Of a stretch of DNA of 64,000 nucleotides, positions 1-10,040 are shown piece by piece. Origin of the DNA: Pyrinomonadaceae bacterium (lineage in GTDB: Bacteria > Acidobacteriota > Blastocatellia > Pyrinomonadales > Pyrinomonadaceae); assembly GCA_046313635.1 (NCBI GenBank), contig JBKBYA010000004.1, positions 169,581 to 233,580 of the forward strand, written 5' to 3'. The notes under the pieces were generated by a model. That model did not search any database. It was not told the DNA's origin and saw only the letters and a program-made list of their open reading frames with translations. The position numbers and the translations under genes are program-made. Positions within the stretch are counted from its first letter, which is position 1; the number at the start of each line of letters is the position of its first letter.

Positions 1-1134
1 GAACGCGACGAGCACGGCCACGCGCAGGAGTGGCGGCCGATGTCCATTCACATCCAGCGAATGCACCTCGAAGAGGATGCCGGCAAGAACGTCCACGAGG
101 GACTGCCCGACACCGACAAGTACTCGTACATCGATCTCAACCGCGCCGGCACGCCGCTCGGCGAGATCGTGACGTCGCCCGACTTTCGCACGTCGTGGCA
201 GGCCTACGACTATGTGAATCACGTCCGACGCGTGCTGCAGTGGGTCGGCGCGAGCGACGCGGATATGGAAAAGGGAAACCTCCGCTGCGAGGCAAACGTC
301 TCGGTGCGGCGCGTCGGCGAGGACAAGTTCAACAACAAGGTCGAATTAAAAAATCTCAACTCCGTCCGCTTTATGCAAAAGGCGATCGAGTACGAGATCG
401 AGCGCCAGATCGCCGCGCACGAATCGGGCGAGGGCGTCCAGCAGGAGACGCGTCTCTGGGACGAAAAGAACAACCGCACGCGCGTGATGCGCTCTAAAGA
501 GGACGCGCACGACTACCGATACTTTCCCGAGCCCGACCTGCAGCCGCTGCGTGTCGAGGCCGCGTGGATCGAGACCGTAAAGCGCGAGATGCCCGAGCTG
601 CCCGACGCGATGCGCGAGCGGATGATGGCGGAATATTCGCTCTCGTATGCAGACGCTTCGCAGCTCGTAAGTGAAAAGTCGCTCGCCGAGCTGTACGAGG
701 CGGCCGCCCGCGCTTCGGGCAATCCGCGGACGACGGCGAACTTCGTTCTGTCGGAGCTGCTCCGCGAATTGAACAACTCGGGCAAGACGGCCGCCGAGTC
801 GCCGGTCACCGCCGAGCATCTCGCCGACCTCGTCAAGACGCTCGACGCCGGCAAGATCAACAACAACCAGGCCAAGGAAGTGCTGGTCGAGATGTTCGCC
901 TCGGGCAAGTCGGCCGCCGACGTGATCGCCGAAAAGGGCTTTGAGCAGATCTCCGACGCCGCGGCGATCGGGAGGATCGTCGACGACGTCATCGCCGCCA
1001 ACGCAAAGAACGTCGAGGCCTACCGCGGCGGCAACGAAAAGCTTTTCGGCTTCTTCGTCGGCCAGGTGATGAAGGCTTCGCAGGGCAAGGCAAATCCAAA
1101 GATCGTGAACGACGTGCTCAAGCAAAAGCTGTAG
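1..1134 (+). CDS. gatB: Asp-tRNA(Asn)/Glu-tRNA(Gln) amidotransferase subunit B, 5' end outside window
   Basis: HLEEDAGK, DLNRAGTPL, RSKEDAHDYRYFPEPDL motifs and C-terminal GFFVGQVMK; frame is open from base 1. Confidence 0.97.
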   Translation, partial: ERDEHGHAQEWRPMSIHIQRMHLEEDAGKNVHEGLPDTDKYSYIDLNRAGTPLGEIVTSPDFRTSWQAYDYVNHVRRVLQWVGASDADMEKGNLRCEANVSVRRVGEDKFNNKVELKNLNSVRFMQKAIEYEIERQIAAHESGEGVQQETRLWDEKNNRTRVMRSKEDAHDYRYFPEPDLQPLRVEAAWIETVKREMPELPDAMRERMMAEYSLSYADASQLVSEKSLAELYEAAARASGNPRTTANFVLSELLRELNNSGKTAAESPVTAEHLADLVKTLDAGKINNNQAKEVLVEMFASGKSAADVIAEKGFEQISDAAAIGRIVDDVIAANAKNVEAYRGGNEKLFGFFVGQVMKASQGKANPKIVNDVLKQKL

Positions 1135-1174
1135 CATGTCTTCGGACAAATAAAAGGTTAAGGAGGTAAAGGCG

Positions 1175-2104
1175 GTGCCGATTCGCAGTTTAGGTTTTAT
1201 CTCGATGGTCCTTCTTCTCACGGCCCCGATCATCTCCACGCCCGCGCAGTCGCCGCGAGACCGCACCGAGCGCGATCTCGAACGCAGAATGCAGGACATG
1301 CGGGCCCTCGATCAGGTAGCGCGCCGGAGGCCGCCGCGTTCGCTGCGTCAGCCCGAGCTGACCCGTGCGCAGAAAGAATACGTACAGACAGCACGGCGGA
1401 TCGAGACGGACGTCGTCCAGCAGTACGCGGCCTTGCTTGTACAGCCGCGGACCGGAGTATTCAAACTGTTTCCCGACCTGCGATGTTTCGAGGATAAGGT
1501 AGTACGACTCGACGACGAATGCACCAAGGCCGTGCCGCTGAGCTCGGCCTTTAACTTTCGCGAGGGAGCGTACGGCGACGTCGATTATCACGATATCTGG
1601 TTTGACCGCGGCCGGCTCGTGAGCGCCGGATTCTTTTCGCAGGGCATCATCGCGTCGCTTGGCGACGTGCCGCTCGAGAGCGTCGGCGTCGAAACGCCGG
1701 CCGTGACGACGCTGGTGTCGGTCAGGCCTGAGACAACGGCCTCGGCCGCGGCCGCCGCAGCCCGACGATTTCGCGACGGCGTCGATGCCGGCGGCATTTT
1801 GCTCGCCGACAGCGTCGAGCCGCAGGCGGGCCGCACTTATGCGATCAGGCTGATAGCGTACCGCCTGTCAAACTCGCTGCCGCCCGTGGACCGGCAGACG
1901 TCGGAGACCGAATTGATGCTTCACAGCCTCGCGTTTGATAAGCGGCTCGATATCGTCGTCGCTTTTAGAGTTGTCAGACGCGACAGTGAGACCGGCGGCC
2001 TGACGATCGTTTGGCGAGAGCTTGCACGTCACGACGCGGACAAATTGAGATTTGGAAAGGGGGAATTGATGGCGGACTTTAAGCCGCCGCGACCGTTAGA
2101 ATGA
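1175..2104 (+). CDS. Hypothetical secreted protein
   Basis: 309-aa ORF with signal-peptide-like N-terminus (TPA|QS), aaggagg upstream, stop overlaps next start. Confidence 0.75.
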   Translation: MPIRSLGFISMVLLLTAPIISTPAQSPRDRTERDLERRMQDMRALDQVARRRPPRSLRQPELTRAQKEYVQTARRIETDVVQQYAALLVQPRTGVFKLFPDLRCFEDKVVRLDDECTKAVPLSSAFNFREGAYGDVDYHDIWFDRGRLVSAGFFSQGIIASLGDVPLESVGVETPAVTTLVSVRPETTASAAAAAARRFRDGVDAGGILLADSVEPQAGRTYAIRLIAYRLSNSLPPVDRQTSETELMLHSLAFDKRLDIVVAFRVVRRDSETGGLTIVWRELARHDADKLRFGKGELMADFKPPRPLE

Positions 2105-2820
2105 GCACGATCAAAGGCAAGGCGGCCGTCGTGACCGGCGGCACAAAAGGAATAGGTTTGGCCATTGCGTCGGCACTCATCCGTGAAGGTGCACGCGTCT
2201 TTGTGTGCGCCCGCGATGCGGGCGAGGTCGATTCGGCCGTGCGCGAATTGTCGGCGGCGGGCGAAGCGGCGGGCACCGCTTGCGACGTCCGCAGCGAAGA
2301 TCAGGTGCGCGGGATGCTCGACGAATGCGGGCACCGTTTCGGCGGCGTCGACATTCTCGTCAATAACGCCGGCATCGGCATCATCGGCAAGACCGTCGAG
2401 GAGATGTCGGGCGACGAATTCCGGCAGACGCTCGAGACAAATCTCTTTGGCGTCTTTTACGCCTGCCACTACGCCGTGCCGATGATGCGGCAGCGCGGCG
2501 GCGGCTACATCATCAACATCTCTTCGCTCGCCGGGCAGAACGCGCACCCGCGGATGGCCGCGTACAACGCGTCGAAATTCGGACTCAACGGATTCTCAGA
2601 GGCGCTGATGCAGGAGGTCCGGCAGGACGACATCAAGGTGAGCTATATTTGTCCCGGGAGCGTCAACACGCACTTTGGCGGCGACGAGCCGAGCGAGCAG
2701 AATTCTTGGCAGCTCCAACCCGAGGATATCGCTCAGGTCGTCATCGATCTTCTCAAAATGAAAACGCGTGCGCTGCCCAGCAAGATCGAGATCCGCCCGA
2801 GCAAGCCGCCCGCAAAGTAG
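2101..2820 (+). CDS. SDR family NAD(P)-dependent oxidoreductase
   Basis: TGGTKGIG, NNAG and YNASK motifs. Confidence 0.95.
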   Translation: MSTIKGKAAVVTGGTKGIGLAIASALIREGARVFVCARDAGEVDSAVRELSAAGEAAGTACDVRSEDQVRGMLDECGHRFGGVDILVNNAGIGIIGKTVEEMSGDEFRQTLETNLFGVFYACHYAVPMMRQRGGGYIINISSLAGQNAHPRMAAYNASKFGLNGFSEALMQEVRQDDIKVSYICPGSVNTHFGGDEPSEQNSWQLQPEDIAQVVIDLLKMKTRALPSKIEIRPSKPPAK

Positions 2821-2871
2821 AGAAAACAAGAATGACCGAAAAGAAGAGAGGCGTCTGAAGGTCTTCGGACG

Positions 2872-3017
2872 TCTCCCTTCGCCGAGCGGAAAAGCTATGC
2901 TTTTCCGACAGCGCCCTTCCAAGTTTTTCGCGGCTATGCCGCCCGGCGGCGAAGCCGCTGCAGCCAATGTGCCGAATCGGACGGAAAAGCGAAGCTTTTC
3001 CGCTCGGCAAAAGGAGA
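2872..3017. repeat. Composite inverted REP-like doublet (GCGGAAAAGC-NNN-GCTTTTCCG hairpins)
   Basis: 2872-2907 is nearly the reverse complement of 2982-3017; inner mini-hairpins gcggcTATgccgc and gcggcGAAgccgc. Confidence 0.8.
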
Positions 3018-3087
3018 TTTCAAACAAGCGACCTGTAGTGGCGTTGAGTTTTACGCTCTAGCTGACCTGCGGGATACTGCATCAAAT

Positions 3088-3113
3088 AAGAGGCCGCCTT
3101 CGGACGGCCTCTT
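3088..3113 (-). terminator. Hairpin, likely terminator of the TPR-receiver gene
   Basis: aagaggccg-ccttcgga-cggcctctt, T-rich tail on the minus strand. Confidence 0.55.
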
Positions 3114-3160
3114 CCGCATTTATCCAGCTATCTTTCCTTCGATGCAGGACCGCGAGGCTT

Positions 3161-4669
3161 CTAGATCGCCGCGGGTGCGACGCCTAGAAAGCGCTCTACC
3201 GTCTTCATCAGCGTCTCCGGGCCGAACGGTTTGGTGATAAAGCCGTTCGCTCCGGCGGCGATCCCTTTTGCTTCTTCGTAGACCCCGTCTTTGCCCGAGA
3301 TCATGACCACGGGCACCTCGCGTGTCGTTGGATTGGTGCGTATGGTGCGGCAGATGTCGTAGCCGTCGACCTTTGCCAGTGTGATGTCGAGTAGCACGAG
3401 GTCGGGCGTGAGGTCGCGGATCAACGCTGCGGCCGCGCGGCCGTCCTCGGCGCAGACGACCGAGTACCCGCGCTCCTCGAGCTTCGCTCCGATGAGTCTG
3501 CGGATGACCGAATTGTCCTCGACGACGAGTATCGTCGCAGGTGCCTCGCCTAGGTTCGCGACGCTGTCAACGGCCTCGACATTCGAGTGGCGGTCGAGAT
3601 CGTCGGCGACGATGTCGGCGATCTCCTCCGCCGGGATGGCGGCTACATCGAGGCCGTCGGGCGGCGTGAGCTCAAGCACGTCGTCGGTGTCGTCGAGGGC
3701 CATTTGGCCGCCGCTCTCCGAGACGTAAACGGTCGCGGCGGACGCTTCGGTCTCGGCGGGCGAAAGTTTGTCTACGCTCGGGCTTGGGGCCTCTGTCGTG
3801 TCGTCGCTCACGCGGTCGCCCGACGGCTCGGCCGTTTCGGCGCCGGAGGGCGAACCTTCGAGCGAGGCGGCCGCGAAGACGGGCTTTAGCGATTCGATCA
3901 TAGACCGCGCAAATTCGTTGTCAGGATCGATGGCAAGCAGCATCTCGCACGTTCTGAACCGCTCGGCGAGATCGGTCGCCAGATGAGCCTTCAGCTCCCA
4001 TGCTTCAGCCGCCGCCGGGAACCGCGATATCATCGCGTCGACCGCCTCGATAGCGGATGCGGCGTCGCCCGCCGCCGCCAATTGCCGTGCGCGTGCGATC
4101 ATCGCGCTCGCGATCTTGTCGTTGGCCGAGCGAAGTGCGGCGCGGGCCTCTTCGTTCTCCGGGTCGACGGCCAGCACGCGGTCGAGACAGGCCAGCCGCG
4201 TCTCGTCGGTCTCTGCGATCGACGCTAGAGCGAGCCAGGCCGAGCCGTTATCGGCGTCAAATTCGATCGCGTCCTCAAGGCACCGTCGTGCCGTATCGAC
4301 GCCGCCGTCGTTAAGGGCGTCGAGCCCGCGCTGGACGAGCGTGCGCGCCATAAGCAGGCGGGTCGATGAGCGCCACATCTTTGCCTTTTCATTGTCGGGG
4401 TTGATCTCGAGCGCGCGGTCAAGACAAGCGAGCAGCTCCTCGGGATACTCGCTGATCGACGCGAGCCACATCCAGACGCTTTCGCTTCGCGGCTCGATCT
4501 CTGCGGCGGCGTGCAGCAGCTCTCGGGCCTTGACCCGCTCGCCCGCTTGAGCCGAGCGGACTCCGGCGGCAAGGAGGTCGTCGAATCTGCTCGTCTCGTT
4601 CGTTTGCAGCTCGGTCGCGTGGGCGGCGGGCCGCGGATCGGATGGCCGGGCCTGAAGGTCGAATCTCAT
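3161..4669 (-). CDS. TPR-repeat protein with C-terminal response-regulator receiver domain
   Basis: Repeated AWLxLA...CLxRVLxxDPxN units, acidic linker, then ILVVEDN...LVLLDI...KPF. Confidence 0.9.
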   Translation of the reverse strand: MRFDLQARPSDPRPAAHATELQTNETSRFDDLLAAGVRSAQAGERVKARELLHAAAEIEPRSESVWMWLASISEYPEELLACLDRALEINPDNEKAKMWRSSTRLLMARTLVQRGLDALNDGGVDTARRCLEDAIEFDADNGSAWLALASIAETDETRLACLDRVLAVDPENEEARAALRSANDKIASAMIARARQLAAAGDAASAIEAVDAMISRFPAAAEAWELKAHLATDLAERFRTCEMLLAIDPDNEFARSMIESLKPVFAAASLEGSPSGAETAEPSGDRVSDDTTEAPSPSVDKLSPAETEASAATVYVSESGGQMALDDTDDVLELTPPDGLDVAAIPAEEIADIVADDLDRHSNVEAVDSVANLGEAPATILVVEDNSVIRRLIGAKLEERGYSVVCAEDGRAAAALIRDLTPDLVLLDITLAKVDGYDICRTIRTNPTTREVPVVMISGKDGVYEEAKGIAAGANGFITKPFGPETLMKTVERFLGVAPAAI

Positions 4670-4768
4670 AAGGTCTTGTTCACTGATACAGGTAAGCGGC
4701 TAGAGTTCGCTCCGGCGAACGCGTCGTTCGATCGCCGAGGCGAAAAGCGCAAGGCTCCCGCACTATTC

Positions 4769-4784
4769 GCAATAACGATGCCAG
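4769..4784 (-). promoter_or_regulatory. sigma54 (-24/-12) promoter
   Basis: Minus strand CTGGCATCGTTATTGC fits TGGCA-N6-TTGC with GG-N10-GC spacing, about 100 bp upstream of the 4669 start. Confidence 0.7.
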
Positions 4785-4898
4785 CGGGAATGTCGGATGA
4801 GATCGCGGCTCAGCGGCCGCGCCGCGCGGCCAACGCCCGCAGATACGGAGCTTTGTCTGCTGTTGACGAATGCCGCGCTTTCGGCGCCGAGGCGTTCG

Positions 4899-4931
4899 TG
4901 ACATAAAATGTCAGGCGGCGGCTGACATTTT
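4899..4931. promoter_or_regulatory. Palindromic operator/enhancer-like site
   Basis: TGACA-taaaa-TGTCA overlapping a perfect AAAATGTCAG-N7-CTGACATTTT inverted repeat. Confidence 0.55.
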
Positions 4932-4954
4932 GATGACTCCGGCGGAGACGATCT

Positions 4955-5878
4955 CTGACTGACGACACTCCATCTCACGACGTTTTGCTGATCGGCGGCG
5001 GCCCCGCGGGGCTCTCGGCGCTGCTATGGTGCTCGCGGCTTGGGCTCGACGCGCTTCTGCTCGAGCGCGGCAAAGAACTCGGCGGCCAATTGTTGTCGAT
5101 CTTTGCTCCGATAACCGACCACCTCGGCGTGAGCGCGGCGAGCGGGCGCGAGCTCGGCGAGCGTTTTGTCGACGGGCTCGGGCCGCTTGCTGCAAAGGCA
5201 AGATCCTCTGCCGGAGTTCGCGAGCTCGATGCAGACGCTCTCGCGGTGACGCTCGATAACGGCGAGCGTATCTCGGCGCGGGCGATCGTCATCGCAACAG
5301 GCGTCAGGCGGCGTGAGCTGGGTGTGCCGGGCGAGAAGGACTTTGCCGGCCGCGGGATACTGCGGTCCGGAGCCCTCGAGCGCGAGTCGGTCCGCGGCCT
5401 GCGCGTCGCGATCGTGGGCGGCGGCGATGCGGCGATAGAGAATGCGATCATCCTCAGCGAGACCGCGGCGAGCGTGACCGTGATCCACCGCGGAGCGGCG
5501 CTGGGCGCGCGGCCGGAGTTTCAGCAAGAGGCTCGGCGCCGGTCGAACGTGCAGTTCTTGATGTCGACGGTCGTCGAGCGATTCGGCGGCGGAGAGCGCC
5601 TCGAGTCTCTCGATGTATCGTCAGACGACGGCCGCGAGCGGCTCGAGATCGACGCGGCGCTCGTAAGGATCGGCGTGGTTCCGAATTCGGAATTTCTGCG
5701 CAGCGCGGTGATGCTCGACGATCGCGGCTACGTCAAGATCGATGCCGAGTGCCGGACGAGCTGCGAGAGGATCTTTGCCGTGGGCGATGTCGCACGCCCT
5801 ACGGCGCCGACGATCAGCGCCGCGGTCGGCGACGGCTCGATCGCGGCCAAGTCGATTTGTTTGTTGATTAATGGATAA
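4955..5878 (+). CDS. Thioredoxin-reductase-like FAD/NAD(P)H oxidoreductase lacking CxxC; probable CTG start
   Basis: HDVLLIGGGPAG, VIATG, VGGGDAA, FAVGD; ggcggag 7 nt before CTG at 4955. Confidence 0.88.
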   Translation: MTDDTPSHDVLLIGGGPAGLSALLWCSRLGLDALLLERGKELGGQLLSIFAPITDHLGVSAASGRELGERFVDGLGPLAAKARSSAGVRELDADALAVTLDNGERISARAIVIATGVRRRELGVPGEKDFAGRGILRSGALERESVRGLRVAIVGGGDAAIENAIILSETAASVTVIHRGAALGARPEFQQEARRRSNVQFLMSTVVERFGGGERLESLDVSSDDGRERLEIDAALVRIGVVPNSEFLRSAVMLDDRGYVKIDAECRTSCERIFAVGDVARPTAPTISAAVGDGSIAAKSICLLING

Positions 5879-6078
5879 ATCCGGCTATAATGCTCGATAA
5901 ATTTCCAACCGAAATTTTGAATTAAATCCAAAAAAATAATCCTCCCGGGCGGGCTCAAGTGCTGGAAGTCCCCGAAACTGGTACAGAAGGGGCGTTTCAG
6001 CGTTGATTCAAACTGGAACATTTCATGCGTCTTCATTATTTCGCCGTAAATTACACTACCCGACCTTTAGGAGGAGCT

Positions 6079-9000
6079 ATGAGGTTTACCAATCGTAGGA
6101 TCGCGGTTTTCCTGACAGCGCTGTGCCTGCTGACGGCCCTTGCGACAAGCATCGCCGCACAGACCGGCACATCGTCCATTCGGGGAACCGTCGCCGATCC
6201 GCAAGGGAACATCGTCGCCGGCGCAAGCGTGACGCTGACGAGCACAACCAAGGCGTTTACGCGAACGCAGGTGACCAATTCTGACGGTCTGTACGTCTTT
6301 ACCGCGGTCCCGCCGGATACATACAGCATCTCGGTCGAAGCGTCCGGATTCAAAAAGGCGGTCGTCTCCGATGTGCAGGCCCTGGTCGACACGCCCAAGA
6401 CGGTCGACATCGCAATGGAGGTTGGCCAAGTGACCGAGACGGTGACCGTCTCGGGAGCGGGCGAGGCCCCGATCAACACGACCGACGCGAGTCTCGGCAA
6501 CACTTTTACCTCGCAGCAGGTCATCCAACTGCCGCTCTCGGCCCGCAACACGCCGGACCTGCTCTCGCTGCAGCCGGGCGTCGCGCCGGACGGCGCGGTC
6601 AACGGCGGGCGCTCCGACCAGGCAAACGTAACGCTCGACGGTGTCGATGTGAACGAGCAGCAAGGCGGACGGGCCTTTTTCAGTGTGCTCCGCGTAACGC
6701 CCGAGGCCCTGCAGGAGTTCCGCGTGACCACGACGAATGCCGGTGCCGAATTTGGCCGTTCATCAGGAGCACAGGTTTCGCTCATCACGCGGTCAGGGTC
6801 TAATAATTTCAACGGTTCGCTGTACCTGTACTACCGACCGAAGACCTGGCTCCAGGCAAACGACTTTTTTAACAATCTTGCCGGCGTGCCCGTGACTCCT
6901 CGAGAGCGCCGTAATTACGGCGGATCGTTCCTTGGCCCGATCAAAAAGGACAAACTCTTCTTCTCGTTCTTTTACGAACGGTTCGAAGAGAATACAGCCG
7001 TCGGCGTCACCCGCGAGGTGCCTCTGCCGAGCTTGGGGCAGGGACTGGTCAAATACATCGTCTCGGGAGCGATCCCTGCGGGGCCGTGTCAGCCGACCGT
7101 ATCCGGAAACGTCGCGACACTCACCGCCGCTCAGATCAACACCTGCTATTCTGCCGTGAACGGCGTAGCACCTGGCGTGAATCCGGCCGCGCTCGCTTTG
7201 CTGGCGACGGCAGCTCAGCGATATCCGGCCAACAGCACCGGGGCCGGCGACGGACTGAATACAAGCGGCTTCCGATTTAACGCGCCGACGCCGAAGCGTT
7301 GGAATTCCGCGACTACCCGCATCGACTGGAAGCCGACGGGCAGCCAGGAGGTCTTTGCCCGGTATCAGTACCAATTCGACAACGATCAGAATGCCGCACG
7401 GTTCCCGGATACGCCTGCTCCCAAGACCTGGAAACACCCGCAAGGCCTCGCCGCGGGACATACCTGGACGATAAACAGCAAGATGGTGAATAAGTTCACG
7501 TACGGACTCACCCGCGACGCTTTTACGGTGGGCGGCGATTCGACACAGAACTTCTTCAGCTTTCGCTTCATCTTTCAGCCCTTCAATTATTCGAGAACGC
7601 TTAGTCGCGTGACGCCGGTTCACAACTTCGCAGACGACTTCTCGTGGGTGATCGGCAATCACACGATCAGCGCGGGAGCCAATGTGAGGCTGATCTCGAA
7701 TCAGAGAACATCCTTTGGCGCCTCTTTTGACACGGCGACGACAAATCCGTCCTTCTACGACTGCTCGGGCGACGTCGTGCTGTTCGACGCCGACACCTGC
7801 AGCTCGTCGATCTTCCCGTCGGTCGCTGCCGGCTCGCAGACCGACCTGCGCGATGCCTTGACGGCTGTCATCGGCCGCTTTTCGCAGTATGGCGTAAACC
7901 TTCAATATGCCAAGAGCGGATCGCTCCAGGCTCCGGGAACGGGCGTGGCGCGTAACTTCAAGACCGAGGAATACGAATGGTACGTTCAGGACGCCTGGAA
8001 GATGTTCCCGAACCTCCAGGTCAACTACGGTCTGCGATGGTCGACCTCCACTCCGGTTTACGAGGCTAATGGCGTGCAGGTCAAGCCGACGTCGAGCCTG
8101 AGCGACTTCTTTGACCGCCGAGTTGCGGGAATGGAGAGCGCTCAGCCGTACAACGCCCTGATCAGCGTCGACCTCGCGGGCAAGGCGAATAACAGGTCGG
8201 GCTACTACTCGCAGGATTGGAATAATTTTGCCCCTGCGGTATCGGCCGCATGGTCGCCGAATTTCAAGAATCGCTTTCTGAAGACGATCTTCGGCGACAA
8301 CAACAAGAGCGTCATTCGCGGCGGTTTTCGAATGACATACGACCGCATCGGCAGCGCTCTGGCAGTGGCATTCGACCTGAACTCGACTCTCGGATATTCG
8401 TCGTCAAAGTCCGTCTCGGCGAATACCTACAACGTCAGCGACCGGCTCGGGCCGCTGTTCACCGGTCTCGGCCAGAACTACCGCACGCTGCCGAACATCA
8501 CGATCCCTCCGACGATCTCGTTCCCGCTGCAGACACCGCCGGACGAGGACCTGCGTATCGAGCAGTCGCTCGACGACAAGCTGACCACGCCGTATCACTA
8601 CAACTGGAACGTGTCGTACGGCCGCGAACTCTGGAAGGGGATCGCCGTCGAGGCGAGCTATGTCGGCAGCCTCGGCAGAAAACTCCTGGTCTCGCGTGAC
8701 GTCGCTCACTTTAACAACCTAAAGGACCCGACAAGCGGCCAGACGTTTTACAGCGTGATGCGCCAGCTGCTCGACTATCGAGCGGTCAACACACCGATCA
8801 CGGCTATCCCGAACATCGCGTGGTTCAACCGCTTCGTACCCGGACTCGCCGGTACGTATAACGTCTGCGGCGTCGCAACGCCGCTGACGGCAACCCAGGC
8901 AGCGTACCGTCGTGTCGCCCGTGCGACCGTCAACAGCGCCGGAGCAACCTGCTTGGGCGGCCGCAATACGAACGACTACACGTTTGTGCAGCTCTTGTGG

Positions 9001-9873
9001 GACGACGGACTCGGATTTGGCAACAACATCTTTATCCACCCGCAGTACGCCACGTTCGCTGCGTATTCCACCGCGGGCGATTCGGTTTATAACGCTTTGC
9101 AGCTCAGCTTCCGCAAGCGTTTTGAGGAGGGACTTTCGTTCGACGTAAACTACACGTACTCGCACTCGATCGACACGGCGTCGGGCAACGAGTCCTCGGG
9201 TGCTATCTCGTCGGGGGCATCGCTTATCCTGAATCCGCTGAATCTCCAGGAGAATCGCGGAAGTTCGGACTTTGACGTTCGCCACTTGATCAACGCGAAT
9301 TTCATCTACGAGCTTCCGTTCGGCAAAGGCCGGCGATTTTTCAGCGGAGCGAACCGCTGGGCCAACTTCTTTATCGGAGGATGGCAGCTGACCGGTATCT
9401 ATCGCTGGAACACCGGCTTTCCGATCGGTGAGCCGTTTGACGACTCCCGTTGGGCGACCAACTGGAATGTACAGTCCAACGGCGTTCGAATACGGCCGCT
9501 CGAGAGCTCGCCGACGAAGAATGGCGTGAACGGCTTGCCGAACATTTTCAGCGACCCGACCTACGCCTACCAGTCGTTCCGCAATGCCTATCCGGGTGAG
9601 GCGGGCGACCGAAATTACCTCCGTGAACCTAATTACGTGACCTTCGATGCAGGGGTCTACAAGAGCTTCGGCATCACGGAAAAGCAAAAGATCACATTCC
9701 GGTTGGAGGTATTTAACGTAACTAACACCCAGCGGCTGACCTCGGTGGCCAGCTTCGGAATGCGGCTCGATCCGTATCTCCCCGCCAGCCGGCCGCAATC
9801 GAACTTTGGCCAGCTTACCGCGATACAGGGTGAGCCCCGGGTCGTGCAGTTCGCCCTGCGGTACGACTTCTAG
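6079..9873 (+). CDS. Large Oar-like TonB-dependent receptor with carboxypeptidase-regulatory-like N-domain
   Basis: RBS aggaggag, signal peptide, GTVADPQG, EFRVTT...AEFGRSSGAQV, C-terminal QFALRYDF. Confidence 0.93.
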   Translation: MRFTNRRIAVFLTALCLLTALATSIAAQTGTSSIRGTVADPQGNIVAGASVTLTSTTKAFTRTQVTNSDGLYVFTAVPPDTYSISVEASGFKKAVVSDVQALVDTPKTVDIAMEVGQVTETVTVSGAGEAPINTTDASLGNTFTSQQVIQLPLSARNTPDLLSLQPGVAPDGAVNGGRSDQANVTLDGVDVNEQQGGRAFFSVLRVTPEALQEFRVTTTNAGAEFGRSSGAQVSLITRSGSNNFNGSLYLYYRPKTWLQANDFFNNLAGVPVTPRERRNYGGSFLGPIKKDKLFFSFFYERFEENTAVGVTREVPLPSLGQGLVKYIVSGAIPAGPCQPTVSGNVATLTAAQINTCYSAVNGVAPGVNPAALALLATAAQRYPANSTGAGDGLNTSGFRFNAPTPKRWNSATTRIDWKPTGSQEVFARYQYQFDNDQNAARFPDTPAPKTWKHPQGLAAGHTWTINSKMVNKFTYGLTRDAFTVGGDSTQNFFSFRFIFQPFNYSRTLSRVTPVHNFADDFSWVIGNHTISAGANVRLISNQRTSFGASFDTATTNPSFYDCSGDVVLFDADTCSSSIFPSVAAGSQTDLRDALTAVIGRFSQYGVNLQYAKSGSLQAPGTGVARNFKTEEYEWYVQDAWKMFPNLQVNYGLRWSTSTPVYEANGVQVKPTSSLSDFFDRRVAGMESAQPYNALISVDLAGKANNRSGYYSQDWNNFAPAVSAAWSPNFKNRFLKTIFGDNNKSVIRGGFRMTYDRIGSALAVAFDLNSTLGYSSSKSVSANTYNVSDRLGPLFTGLGQNYRTLPNITIPPTISFPLQTPPDEDLRIEQSLDDKLTTPYHYNWNVSYGRELWKGIAVEASYVGSLGRKLLVSRDVAHFNNLKDPTSGQTFYSVMRQLLDYRAVNTPITAIPNIAWFNRFVPGLAGTYNVCGVATPLTATQAAYRRVARATVNSAGATCLGGRNTNDYTFVQLLWDDGLGFGNNIFIHPQYATFAAYSTAGDSVYNALQLSFRKRFEEGLSFDVNYTYSHSIDTASGNESSGAISSGASLILNPLNLQENRGSSDFDVRHLINANFIYELPFGKGRRFFSGANRWANFFIGGWQLTGIYRWNTGFPIGEPFDDSRWATNWNVQSNGVRIRPLESSPTKNGVNGLPNIFSDPTYAYQSFRNAYPGEAGDRNYLREPNYVTFDAGVYKSFGITEKQKITFRLEVFNVTNTQRLTSVASFGMRLDPYLPASRPQSNFGQLTAIQGEPRVVQFALRYDF

Positions 9874-9896
9874 TCTGCCGTAGGCATCTCGAGGCA

Positions 9897-9927
9897 CAAA
9901 AGGCTGTCCGAAAAGGGCAGCCTTTTG
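9897..9927. terminator. Bidirectional intrinsic terminator
   Basis: caaaaggctgtcc-gaaaa-gggcagccttttg between convergent genes; second hairpin at 9986-10009. Confidence 0.75.
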
Positions 9928-10040
9928 CATTTGGCTCGGCCTCCGCCGGGTCTTGCGGCACAGCCGCGTCCAGCCAAATGATCAAGAGGCCGTCTTTCGA
10001 GACAGCCTCATTTTGCCGATATCGTTAACAGCGATTTGGA

